Shown here in pieces: positions 10,681 through 21,598 of a stretch of 64,000 bases of DNA. Each line of letters begins with the position of its first letter. Positions within the stretch are counted from its first letter, which is position 1. The position numbers and the translations under genes are program-made. Source of the DNA: an uncultured Phycisphaerales bacterium (GTDB lineage Bacteria; Planctomycetota; Phycisphaerae; Tepidisphaerales; Tepidisphaeraceae). Under the pieces are notes generated by a model that saw only the letters and a program-made list of their open reading frames with translations, searched no databases and was not told where the DNA came from. The stretch is from assembly GCA_963755915.1 (NCBI GenBank), contig CAVWLP010000003.1:768001-832000 (forward strand). Direction: 5' to 3'.

Positions 10681-12168
10681 TTACTGCATCTTGATAGTGA
10701 CGTTCTTGAAGATCATTTCTTTGTTCCAGTAGGAGTAGAGGTCCACTGTGCCGGCCGCCGCCTCGCGGCTGGGACGCAGGACGACGTCGATCTGGCCCGG
10801 CGGCGGGGCCGACATTACTCCGAAGATTCCATAACCGTTCATGCCCGGCCCGGCGCGGCAATTGACTTGCCCCATCGGATATTCCTTTCCGCCGTAGCGA
10901 ACGAAAACCTCGAACGCCAGGTTCACGGGAGCATTGGTGAAGCTGATCATTCCGCTTAGAAGCTGTTTCATAACCTCGCGCGGCCGCTGCTTGCGTCTGG
11001 CGAAGGCTGGCGGCGTTGCTCCTCCTCCCCATATTTCCGGTCAATATTGTTCGTCGTCGCGCCTTGCCAGCATTCGCCAGCCGCGGCGCATCGGCTCGCG
11101 GGAGGTTATGAAACAGCTTCTTAGCTGCCTGCTGCGGTGCGCGTAAAAGAAATCGGCGAGCGAAACCGCGGCGTTTACGGCGGCTTGCTTGGTGGGGTCG
11201 AAGGCGGGTTTGATGACGTCTTTCGAGCCGGAGGGAACCACTTCGAAGCTGCCTGTCAGCGCTCGGTTTGTGGTAAAGAGGGCCGCCCCTCCCAGCGGAT
11301 GTTGTATCGAACCGCTGAAGATTTCAACGTGCAGGGTCTCGGCGAATGTGTGCTTACCGACGGCGGGGCAATTCATGGTCGTCCAGGTTGAGCCGCTGCC
11401 GCCGGGCGAGGAAAACTCGGCCGCATCCCTTGCCAAATCGCTCAGCATTTTGCCATCGACACTGCAATCGGAGTAACTCAGGTTTCCCCAGTAGTTGGAA
11501 TGGTTACCCAGCGAGTACAGGTAGCTGACGCCATACGGCAACCGGTCCCCGAAAACCACGGTGGTGCGGAGCAGAAGGGCCGTTCGGACCGACTGATCGA
11601 AAAATTTGTTTTCCTGATCCGCAGGCAGGTCGCCGGCGGTGCATCGCGCCGCCAGGTAATCGACCACGGCGTTGTCGAGCGCGGTGGGGGGCGTCGGCGC
11701 GTTTGCCTGCCGGGCCAGGGCGAAACGCACCATCGCATCGCGCGAGGCAGCGGAGAGTGAGCCGGCCTGGTCGCGGGCTATGAGCTCCGTCCACGCCCGC
11801 TGAACATCGACGGCGCTGGGAGATTTCAAGTCCCAGAGGACGAAATAGGTCGGCTTATACTGATACCAGTTGACGGATCGAAGCAGCGGTGTCTGGCTGA
11901 TAATTAAGACAAGTCCGAGGAGGATCAGCAGCAGCCATTTCGGTCGCAAAGCCTTCCAGCGCGGGCGCGACGCTCCGCGGGCAATCGCGTCGGGAGAGAG
12001 GATGGCTCCGCATTCCGGGCATCGCTGGCTTTCCAGGCCAAGCAATAGGTATCCGCACTTGCGGCAATGGGGATCGTCCCCGAGGCGGCGGCGGGATTCG
12101 CGGTAGATGAGGGCGATGCCCATGGCGAGCAGGATTACGCCGAGAATGAGGAGAAGGAGTTCCAGCAT
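10681..12168 (-). pseudogene. membrane protein with CxxC...CPECG zinc-finger motif, interrupted by a MITE
   Basis: ORFs 11041-12168 and 10681-10971 are in the same frame; removing the element plus one TTA gives continuous ...AHRSRQLSGMISF... (440 aa). Confidence 0.85.
10959..11120. mobile_element. 162-bp MITE, IS5-family (IS1031-like) ends
   Basis: Perfect 19-bp terminal inverted repeats GAAGCTGTTTCATAACCTC (23/24 when extended); flanked by TTA at 10956-10958 and 11121-11123; no transposase. Confidence 0.92.
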
Positions 12169-12209
12169 TTTGTGGGAGGGGAATCATACCTTGCGGAAAG
12201 CCCCGGGCC

Positions 12210-13099
12210 TTATACCCGCCGAAGCGCCAGCACCCGATCGTTTCCCGCAAGGTCCTTTATGATTCGCGCGTCGGTGAAATCGGGGTGCTGGGTTGCGATT
12301 TGTTTCGCGAGTTCGGCTTGATCGAAGGCGATCTCGAGCAAAATCTGGCGCTTGGGGCGAGCCAATTTGCGGATTCGGTCAGAATCCGGCGATGAACGGA
12401 CAAACCATCCAGGCCGCCGTCGAGCGCCGCCATTGGCTCAAAATCGCGGACGCTGCGGTCAAGCGCAGCGATCTCCGCGGTGGCGATGTAGGGAGGATTG
12501 CTGACGAGCATCTGGAACGGTCGCCGATCGGGGAGTTGGTCGAGCGGCTCGAATAAATCTCCCTCCAGGACGGTCACCCGCTCGGCAAGCCCCAGCCGCT
12601 CGATATTCTTTTTCGCAACGGCGGCGGCGGGGGGGCTGATTTCCGTAGCGGCCACCGTCGCATCCTTCACGTTTTTCGCGATCGCGGCGGCGATGTTGCC
12701 GCTGCCCGTGCAGAGGTCGAGCACGCGCCCCCCCTCCATGCCAGGCTGTCGCCGGAGCAGTTCGATGGCGTGCTGCACAAGAGTTTCGGTGTCGGGCCGC
12801 GGGATCAGAACGTCGCGGGTGATTTCCAGTTCCAGGTTGAAAAAATGGGCCTTGCCGGTCAGGTAAGCAACCGGCTCTTCCTCCGCGGCGCGCTTGACGA
12901 GATCGCGGAATTCATCGAGCTGCTTAGGCTCGGCAACGCGCTCATAATCGGTATAAAGCTTGATCCGCGGCACGCCCAGCACGTGGGCGAGGAGCAGTTC
13001 TGCCGACAGTCGCGGGGAATCGACCCCCTTGCTCGTGAAAAATGGAATCGTCCATTCCAGCAGGCGGCGGACCGTCCATGTCCCTGCGCTGTCCGACAT
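12210..13099 (-). CDS. prmC: release factor glutamine methyltransferase (frameshift near 3' end)
   Basis: EPVAYLTG, VLIPRPDTE, LDLCTGSG, SNPPY; KDLAGNDRV tail in another frame. Confidence 0.94.
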
Positions 13100-13197
13100 T
13101 GCGGAGGGATTGTACACAAATCGCGTATTTTCTCAGGAGTGCCAATGGCCTAAAATTTGGGATATCATAGAGTTGGCTGTCGATCGGAGGCCTTGCG

Positions 13198-14571
13198 TTG
13201 CGCCTTTCGGTGAAACTGCTGCTGTCCGCGATGTTTTTCAGTTCAGCCGCCGCGCGCGCCGACATCGTCTATCTCACCGATGGAACCAAGGTCGAGGGGA
13301 AAATCCACAAGACCGATGACGGATGGTCGGTGACCAAAGCGGATGGCTCCGTCGTTGATGTCGACGCGGACAAGGTGGATTCCATCGAAGCGACGCCGAC
13401 GGACGCCGGCATATCCGTCGGCGAGGATCGGCTTCTGTCCCTTCGCCGCGCGGTCCAGAACATGACCGATCCGCATGACATCATCGACCGCTATCAGAAA
13501 TTCATCGCCACGACGGACAACCCGACCGTCCTTGCGGAGGCAAGGCAGGATTTGCAGATGTGGCAAGGCCGGCTCGACCAGGGAATGGTGAAGCTGGGCG
13601 ACCAGTGGATTCCCTCCGGCGAACGCGATCGGCGGCGGGCGCTGGCCCAGAACGAGGCCCTGCCGGCCAAGGACCTGATCAACAATTACAGATATGCCGC
13701 CGCCGCGCAAACCCTTCAACAGGCCGTGCTCGACGATCCGCAGTGCGCCACGGCGCTCTATCTCCAGGGCGTCATGTTTTACAAGCAGGACCAGGTAACC
13801 GAAGCGCGAAAATCTTTTGAGGCGGTCGTTCCCATTGTTCCCGATCACGGGCCCACGCTGAACAACCTGGCGGTGATCGCCTGGCGGGAAAGATCGTTTG
13901 TCGTCGCCATGAATTATTATGACCAGGCGATGATGGCCTCGCCGGTTCAGCGGGAAATTCTCGATAATGTTGCCGAGGCCATCAATGTGGTTCCGCACGA
14001 GAATCAGAATGCGCCGGTTGTTCTAAAAGGCGTGCGCCTCTTTGCCGAGCAGGACACAACGCTTCAGAAAATCGCGGCCCAGCAGGGGATGTATCGGTGG
14101 GGGGCCACGTGGGTGAACTCGACCCAGCTCGCCGAGCTGAAGGCCGCCGAGGCGAAGGTGAAGCAGCAGATGGATGCGCTTCAGCAGCAGGTGGACGCGC
14201 TTCAGCAGCAGATCGATGCGCTGAACGCCGAGGCGGCCAAAAATCAGATCCAGATGGACCGGCTCCAGGCCCAGAGCATTATCGTGGATCGCAACGGAAA
14301 TCAGATCCAGTTGCCGCTGCCGGACGACTACTATCAGTTGAAGAACGACAACGCGTCGCTGACATCGCAGAAGCAGACGCTGGTCGATCAGCAGAACAAA
14401 CTTCACGACCGCGCGAAGGATATCGAGGCGCAAATTCCGGTGCCGAAGTTTACCGGCGTGCAGCAGATCATCGGGGTGGACGGCGTGCCGGTGCGCGATG
14501 TCGGTTCAGGCGCGGCGACTGCTCCCAGCCCGGAGAATTCTTCTCAGGGCCAGTTTCCTCAGGCCAATTGA
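13198..14571 (+). CDS. secreted TPR and coiled-coil protein
   Basis: Signal peptide, DIVYLTDGTKVEG start, TPR-like helices (ALYLQG..., TLNNLA...), Q-rich coiled coil. Confidence 0.8.
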   Translation: MRLSVKLLLSAMFFSSAAARADIVYLTDGTKVEGKIHKTDDGWSVTKADGSVVDVDADKVDSIEATPTDAGISVGEDRLLSLRRAVQNMTDPHDIIDRYQKFIATTDNPTVLAEARQDLQMWQGRLDQGMVKLGDQWIPSGERDRRRALAQNEALPAKDLINNYRYAAAAQTLQQAVLDDPQCATALYLQGVMFYKQDQVTEARKSFEAVVPIVPDHGPTLNNLAVIAWRERSFVVAMNYYDQAMMASPVQREILDNVAEAINVVPHENQNAPVVLKGVRLFAEQDTTLQKIAAQQGMYRWGATWVNSTQLAELKAAEAKVKQQMDALQQQVDALQQQIDALNAEAAKNQIQMDRLQAQSIIVDRNGNQIQLPLPDDYYQLKNDNASLTSQKQTLVDQQNKLHDRAKDIEAQIPVPKFTGVQQIIGVDGVPVRDVGSGAATAPSPENSSQGQFPQAN

Positions 14572-14813
14572 CTGTGCGCGGTTCCAAGCTCCGGGGTTTC
14601 AATCTCCACCGCTTCCTGGATGCAGGAAGAATCCAGCGGAAGCCGGGCTTCATCGCGGTGAGTTTCGACCATCAGTTGGAGGGAACTTCGCAGCTTCTTT
14701 CGGCACTCATCGAGGGAGCGTCCGTGGGTCAAGGTGCCGGGAATTTCCTCGACCCAACCCACAAACACACCCGTCGATTCCGGCTTGATGATGGTGTGAT
14801 ATATCTGGCGCAT
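14559..14813 (-). CDS. HicB-family antitoxin-like protein
   Basis: YHTIIKPESTGVFVGWVEEIPGTLTHGRSLDECRKKL. Confidence 0.82.
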   Translation of the reverse strand: MRQIYHTIIKPESTGVFVGWVEEIPGTLTHGRSLDECRKKLRSSLQLMVETHRDEARLPLDSSCIQEAVEIETPELGTAHSQLA

Positions 14814-14993
14814 GGCGTTATCACACCGCCGCTTGGGCGCAACGTCAAGATAAATTTCCTATTTTGACAGGTGGATGGCACCCCCCAGGTTGAACATCGC
14901 CGGGGCAATTGCTATCGTTTGTACCTGTTAAGACCGCGGGATCACAATCCTGCGGTGATTTTTTCGACCATTCGAATTTATGAAAGTGAATTT

Positions 14994-16943
14994 ATGAGCG
15001 TCACGTCTAACGAGACGGGACAGGCATCTTCGCCGACCCGGTCCGCCAAGTCCGTGAATCGCCTGAAGTCGGCGACCATCCGATTTGCCGGAGACAGCGG
15101 CGATGGGATGCAGCTCGCCGGCACGCAGTTCACGGACACGTCGGCCGCGGTGGGCAACGACATCAGCACGCTGCCGGATTTCCCCGCCGAGATTCGCGCC
15201 CGGCCGGAACCCTTGCCGGCGTCAGCGGGTATCAGATCCACTTTTCCAGCACCGAAATATTTACCCCGGGCGATGAGGTCGACGTTCTGGTCGCCATGAA
15301 CCCCGCTGCGCTGCGCACCAACGTGAAGTCGGTTCGGCCCGGCGGGATTGTGATCGTCGATGTCGATTCGTTCGGGCAAAACGATCTGCGCAAGGCCGGT
15401 TATGCCGCCAATCCGCTGGAGGATGGATCGCTGGCCGGGCTGCGGGTCGTTTCCGTGCCGATCGACAAGCTGACCCTCTCGGCAACCAAAGAGACCGGGC
15501 TTGGCGCCAAGGATGCCAACCGCTGCAAAAACATGTTTGCCTTGGGGCTGGTTTACTGGCTCTATGGGCGGCCCCTTGACTTGACTTTCGAGCACATACG
15601 CCAGAAATTCGCCAAAAAGCCCGCCGTTGCCGAAGCGAACCTACTGGCGCTGAAGGCGGGGTTTAACTACGGGGAAATCACCGAGCTTTTCACCGAGCAA
15701 TATCACGTCCCCAAGGCGGCGCTGCCGCCGGGGAAATATCGCAAGATCACCGGCAACGAGGCCCTGGCGATGGGGCTGATCGCGGCCTCAAAATTGTCGG
15801 GAAAACAGCTTGTTTACTGCAGCTATCCGATCACCCCCGCCAGCGATATCCTGCACAATCTGGCGGCGGAAAAGCATTTTGGAGTTCTGACCTTCCAGGC
15901 GGAGGATGAAATCGCCGCCGTGGGGGCCGCGATTGGGGCGAGCTTCGGCGGTGCGCTCGGCGTTACCGGGACCAGCGGGCCGGGAATTGCCCTTAAATCT
16001 GAGGGCATGGCGCTGGCGGTGATGACGGAACTTCCGCTGGTGGTCGATGGACGTTCAGCGGGGCGGGCCGAGCACGGGATTCCGACGAAAACGGAGCAGG
16101 CGGATTTGCTCCAGGTTCTCTTCGGGCGAAACGGCGAATGCCCGATGCCGGTAATCGCCGCGGCGTCGCCCGCGGATTGCTTTCAGGCGGCCATCGAGGC
16201 GTTTACCGTCGCGACGAAATATATGACGCCGGTTGTCCTGCTGAGCGATGGTTATATCGCCAACGGGGCTGAGCCCTGGCTCATCCCGGATGTCGCGAAG
16301 CTGGCGAAGATCGAGATCAAGCACCCCGATGCGGATGGCACGCCGTTCATGCCTTACCGGCGCGACGAGCATTTGGTGCGGCCCTGGGCCGTTCCCGGCA
16401 CGCCGGGGCTGGAGCATCGCATCGGCGGGTTGGAAAAACAGGATATCACCGGTGGCGTGAGCTATGACCCGCAGAATCATGAGCACATGGTTCGCACCCG
16501 GGCGGCAAAAGTGGCGGGAATCGAGCCGGCCGGAAACGATCTGCTGCTTACCGGCGAACCGAGCGGCGATCTGCTTATCGTCGGCTGGGGGAGCACATAC
16601 GGGGCGATCAAGGCTGCCACGCTACAGCTTCAGGCAGAGGGCCTGGCGGTTTCGGCTGTGCACATTCGATATCTCAATCCGCTCCCCGCGCGGATCGGTC
16701 AATGATGCAATCGTTCCGCCATGTGCTGATTCCTGAATTGAATCTCGGCCAGCTTCGGCTTCTGCTTCGCGGCCGATTTCTCGTCGACGCCAAGGGGCTC
16801 AACAAAGTGCGCGGCCAGCCTTTTACGATCACCGAAGTCGTTCGCGGCGCCCGCGCGATTACTTTCCGGCGACTGCGACCAACGGCGAAGTTCCGCTTAA
16901 CTCCGACGCCCCAGCCACTGCCACCGAACCGGCGGGTGGGTAA
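14994..16943 (+). CDS. korA: 2-oxoacid:acceptor oxidoreductase alpha subunit (several frameshifts)
   Basis: IRFAGDSGDGMQLAG, YPITPASDI, QAEDEIAA, HRIGGLEK, GWGSTYG, PELNLGQL. Confidence 0.92.
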
Positions 16944-16948
16944 ACAAT

Positions 16949-17975
16949 ATGAGCATTGCCACCAATCAATCCCTCAGCGTTCTGAAACCCGCGGATTATG
17001 CCAGCGACCAGGAAATCCGCTGGTGCCCCGGGTGCGGGGACTATTCGATCCTCGCGCAGATGAAAAAAGTCCTCGCCAGGCTCGGCGCCGATCGCAGCAA
17101 GACGGTCTTTATCTCTGGGATCGGATGCAGCAGCCGGTTTCCCTATTATTTGAACACCTACGGATTCCACAGCGATCCACGGCCGGGCGCCGACCTTTGC
17201 CAGCGGGCTTTCACTGGCCCGGCCCGATCTGAACATCTGGATGGTGACCGGCGATGGCGATGCCCTCAGCATCGGCGGGAACCATTTCATGCACTTGGTC
17301 CGGCGTAACCTCAACATTCGCGTGCTGCTGTTTAACAACCGGATTTACGGGCTGACGAAAGGGCAGTATTCGCCGACGAGTGAACAGGGCAAGAAGACCA
17401 AGAGCAGCCCGATGGGTTCCGTCGAGACGCCCCTGCGGCCGATCAGCGTTGCAATCGCCGCCGAGGCGACCTTTGCCGCCCGGGCCATCGACGTGGATGT
17501 GAAACATCTTGAATATGTGCTGGAGCGAGCCGCCCGGCACGTAGGGACGGCCTTCGTCGAGATCTATCAAAACTGCAATATCTTTAATGACGGGGCCTTT
17601 GACTATGCCACCGACAAGGCCTTCAAGGGAGATACAACGGTCTACCTCGAGCATGGCAAGCCGATGGTCTTCGGCAAGAATGCTGAAAAGGGAATCCGGC
17701 TCAATGGTGAGAATCCGCAAGTGGTGGAGCTGAAGGATGTTCCGCAGGACGATCTGCTGATCCATGACGAATCGGCGGACGACCCCAGTCATGCCTTCAT
17801 GCTGAGCCGGATGCGGCATCCCGCCGTGCCCGAGCCGCTGGGGGTCTTCCGGCAGGTGAGCCGGCCGGTCTATGGGGAGATGGTTCGCGGACAAATCGCC
17901 GAGGCAATCAAGTCGAAAGGTCCAGGCGACCTGCAATCTCTTATCACCGGCCATGAGACCTGGACCGTTGAATAG
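16949..17975 (+). CDS. korB: 2-oxoacid:ferredoxin oxidoreductase beta subunit (frameshifts ~17170-17210)
   Basis: WCPGCGDY, SGIGCSSR, GDGDALSIGGNH, NNRIYGLTKGQYSPT. Confidence 0.93.
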
Positions 17976-18204
17976 ACCCCCGCCCTGAAATTCCCGCAAG
18001 AATCGATTTTGCTGCAACTTTGCCCGCTTGAGGGGGGTGCTTTAGATAGTGAGTTTTGGCGAAGGATCGAGGCTTGGCAATAATTTGACAAAGTAGCAGA
18101 AATTTATTACAGAATTGAAGGCCCCCGAACCGATGCCTTAATCCAGTTCGACCCAATTTATGCATTTGATTATCGAAATGAGTGTGGTATAAGATAAGAT
18201 AGGT

Positions 18205-18283
18205 AAAATTTGAAGGCAAGCGCCTATGGCGCATTTTCTCCCCTCCGGAAGACACCGTGCAGAAATGCCGGTGTCTTCTTTTT
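18205..18283 (+). ncRNA. candidate small RNA / structured motif, copy 1, ending in an intrinsic terminator
   Basis: Upstream TTGATT..TAAGAT promoter-like boxes (18166-18195); hairpin GCGCC-TAT-GGCGC; CTCCCCTCC; stem GAAGACACCG/CGGTGTCTTC plus T5; homologous to 34823-34918 and 38072-38175. Confidence 0.6.
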
Positions 18284-18419
18284 ATTCCTCCTGCATAATC
18301 TCCCAAGCCTACCCTAAACGGATTCTTGAGCCTTTTATTTCCGAAATATGTGGCAGCGTTTGATTCGATTTCTCCCCCATTCGCGCAGCCTCACATCTGG
18401 ATGCTATAAGGTGCAATCC

Positions 18420-18789
18420 ATGAAACTTCGCTCATCATCAATCGAAAAAGCTGGATATGTCAAACTGCGACCGAAGGGGAAATCACCAGCGACGATCTCG
18501 CTCGATGCCAAAGAAAACAATCCGCTCGAAGGGGTCCTGGGCACATCCTGGGCTTCCAACAATGTTTTGCTGAACTCTGGCCAGAACTCCGTTCATTGAT
18601 TCCATGCGATCGGCTGGCTGCTGGACAGCGCATCGCAAGATGCAGCAAGCCGGCGGAAAGTTTGTCGTCCATTCGCTCCAGCCGCGGGTCAGCGATCTGC
18701 TGGAGCTGTTGAAGCTGGGAACCGTCCTGAATCTCAAAACCCGACGAAAAATCCGCGCACGATTTCATCACTCGCCGTCTTGAGACTAA
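18420..18789 (+). CDS. STAS-domain anti-sigma factor antagonist (multiple frameshifts)
   Basis: Pieces across frames: NVLLN..LARTPFIDS..AIGWLL..HRKMQQAGGKFVVHSLQPRVSDLLELLKL. Confidence 0.72.
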
Positions 18790-18793
18790 TCAA

Positions 18794-20036
18794 ATGAGCA
18801 CCGGCGCAAAAGCCCCGATGATTGATGTCCAGAAGCTTCCCGTCGAGCAGGCGGTCGCCAAGCTGCTTGCCTATGCCATCATGCTTCCCGCCAGCGATAT
18901 TTTTTTCGCGGCCGATGAATCCAACGTCGTCGTCAGCGTCCGGCACCTGGGAATCGTCAATCCGATCGCAATCGTTCCGTGGAAACTGGGCCGGCGATTC
19001 GTTTCGCACGTCAAGGCTCTTGCCGGGATGGACCTGGCGGAGAAACGCCTGCCCGCAGGATGGCCGCTGGCTCTATTGCGACGAAGCGGGCCACGTCGTC
19101 GATCTGCGCGTGAACATGGTGCCGACGATGCTTCGGCGAAGACATGGCCCTGCGGATCCTCAGCCGCAACACCCGGCTCTACAAAATCGAGGAACTGGGG
19201 CTGGTCAAGATCCCAGTTCGATGAGTTGGTAAGACATGCTCGGCACGCCCGGCGGCCTGATCCTTTTCACCGGCCCCACCGGCTCGGGAAAAACGGCGAC
19301 GCTTTACTCGGCCCTGATGCAGCTCAACGACGGGCGGCGGAAAATCAACACCATTGAAGACCCGATCGAGCACGCCATCGACGGCATCCGTCAATCGCAG
19401 ATCAATACCGCAGATCGATCTCGGATTCTCGACCCTGCTGCGCAATATTCTTCGCCAATCGCCGGATGTGATCATGGTGGGGGAAATTCGCGATCAGCGA
19501 AACCGCCGAGACCGCCGTCCGGGCCGCCAACAGCGGGCATATGGTGCTGGCCACGATCCACTCGCCGATCGCGGCCGGGGCGGTGCAATCGATGCGCAGG
19601 CCTCGGCGTTCATCCCCATTTCCTGGCGACATCGCTGCTGGGCATCATCTCCCAGCGGCTCGTCCGAACGCTCTGCCCTCAGTGCAAGCAATCCTTCGAC
19701 CTGTCGATGGCACCCCACACGTTTGACGACGTGCGCCCCTGGCTCGCCGCCGATGAGGGATCAAAGCTGTTCGCCCCCAAGGGGTGCGCCGCCTGCCAGA
19801 TGCTGGGCTACGCGGGGCGCACCGGCGTCTTCGAAATCCTTCGCATCAACCGCAAGCTGCGCGATCTGATTTCCGACGCCCGCCCGACGCGCGAAATCCG
19901 CCAGGCCGCCGCCGCCGACAAGATGCTGGAATTCCGCCAGTCGGCAATGCTCAAGGTCGCGCAGGGGCTGACCAGCACCGAAGAAGTGGTTCGAGTAATT
20001 CCCTCAGAACATCTTCTCGAAGAGACGCTGGTCTAG
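18794..20036 (+). CDS. GspE/PilB-family secretion/pilus ATPase (multiple frameshifts)
   Basis: PQDGR, GPTGSGKT, TIEDPIE, LRQSPDVIMVGEIRD, QRLVRTLCPQC, GRTGVFE. Confidence 0.9.
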
Positions 20037-20143
20037 CCGGCCCGATCCTCACGTCAAAATTCCGCGCATAAAAAAGCTCCCATCGGCTCGGCACGTTTAG
20101 GCCAATGGGAGCAGGTTGGAGCAACGTTCGTTGCCGCGCGACG

Positions 20144-20724
20144 TTACGCGCAATTGCGCCGGCGGAGCAACAAAGCTCCCGCACTCGCGCCCAGAATGCT
20201 GATGGAAACCGGTTCGGGAACGACCGGCGTCACGTTGAATTCAAATCCTGCGTCGGTTTCGGGAAAACCTGCATAAACGAAGGCAGTTGTCTGATCGTAG
20301 ATCGAGCCGAGCGGGCCCATTCCCGCGCAGAGATCTGCGCGAGGGTCTCAGTGCTGTCGAAGGAGAAGTTGTTGGTTGCCCCGGCGGCGAGCTGATCGCC
20401 CGAGCCGCCGTTGTTGTAGTATTCGATGGCATATCCGTCCCCGGTGAAAGCGGGTCCGGTAACGGGGTCAAGCCAGCCCGTGGGGGCGGTGATGCTGGTG
20501 GGGGAGACGTTCATGAAATCGTAGCCGGGGATCCAGGAGAACCAGAACGTACCAATAGAGGTTGAACTGGTGTTCTTAAGGGCGATGTTGTACTGAAAGT
20601 TTCCACCGCCCAGGGATGTCGCCGAGATCGTCGCCGACGCGGTTTCCGCCGCCGAGGCCGAGCCAACGAGGCCGGCCGCTATCAAAACGCTGCAAACACC
20701 TGCCATTTTCTTCAGTTGCGTCAT
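20144..20724 (-). CDS. PEP-CTERM protein (frameshift ~20320)
   Basis: Signal peptide, GGAGG RBS; VVPEPVSISILGASAGALLLRRR tail in a shifted frame. Confidence 0.85.
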
Positions 20725-20877
20725 GTAAGACCTCCGTTGTGAGAGGTAACTTCGGCGGGAGGGGCTTTATTCCAATTGCGGAAAATTTTTGAACCCCTGT
20801 CGGAATCGGGAATAGAGGCTGCGCAAATTGAGTTGATGCTGGCGGAGCAACAGAAACCTTTTACGCGGAGGAGTCAA

Positions 20878-21546
20878 ATGCGTAGTTTCTGGCGCTCCCA
20901 AACGGGTGTTTTTTCGGTTTTATGTGCGGTCGGATTGGCGGGAATCGGGGCAAATTGCTGGGCCGCGGTCATCTGGAATCAAACCAGCAACGGGCCGCTG
21001 TCAGAGCTTCCCGCATCGCCGACGTCCTTTACCCTGTCAGCCGGGACAAATTCGATCATCGCCACGGAGGGGGGAGGCAGCGGGGAAAGCGGAACCAACC
21101 AGAATTGGGTGAACATTAACATTCCCACCGGGTTGCAGTTGAGCAACCTCGTGCTGGCGTCGTATGTTTCCACCGATCCGCAGGGGTTTATCGGTGTGGC
21201 GTCAGGTACGACGTTCGCCGGTGGCGAGGGGGCCGTCAATACCGAGAGCTCCTACCTCGGCTATTCGCACTACGGAACGGCGGCGAGCAATAACGGCCAA
21301 CCGGCGGTAAACCTGGTTGGGGATGATTTGCTGCCGATCATGGGGAATAACGTGGTAGATGCGCCGGGTTCTACGGGATTCACCCCGCCGCTGCCGAGCG
21401 GGAGTTATACCTTTCTGATTCAGCAACTGGGCGCCACGACGAATTACCAGTTCGATTTTGACGTGACGTCCGTGCCGGAGCCAGGAAGCATCTGTCTCGC
21501 GGTTGGCGGGACCCTGGTCGGGCTGTTAAGACGCCGCCGCCGGTGA
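20878..21546 (+). CDS. PEP-CTERM protein
   Basis: GGAGGAG RBS; signal peptide; VPEPGSICLAVGGTLVGLLRRRR. Confidence 0.9.
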   Translation: MRSFWRSQTGVFSVLCAVGLAGIGANCWAAVIWNQTSNGPLSELPASPTSFTLSAGTNSIIATEGGGSGESGTNQNWVNINIPTGLQLSNLVLASYVSTDPQGFIGVASGTTFAGGEGAVNTESSYLGYSHYGTAASNNGQPAVNLVGDDLLPIMGNNVVDAPGSTGFTPPLPSGSYTFLIQQLGATTNYQFDFDVTSVPEPGSICLAVGGTLVGLLRRRRR

Positions 21547-21598
21547 GCGGTCGCGGCAGGTTCATTTTCGGCGTGGGAATGCCTACCATTAGCCGAAC

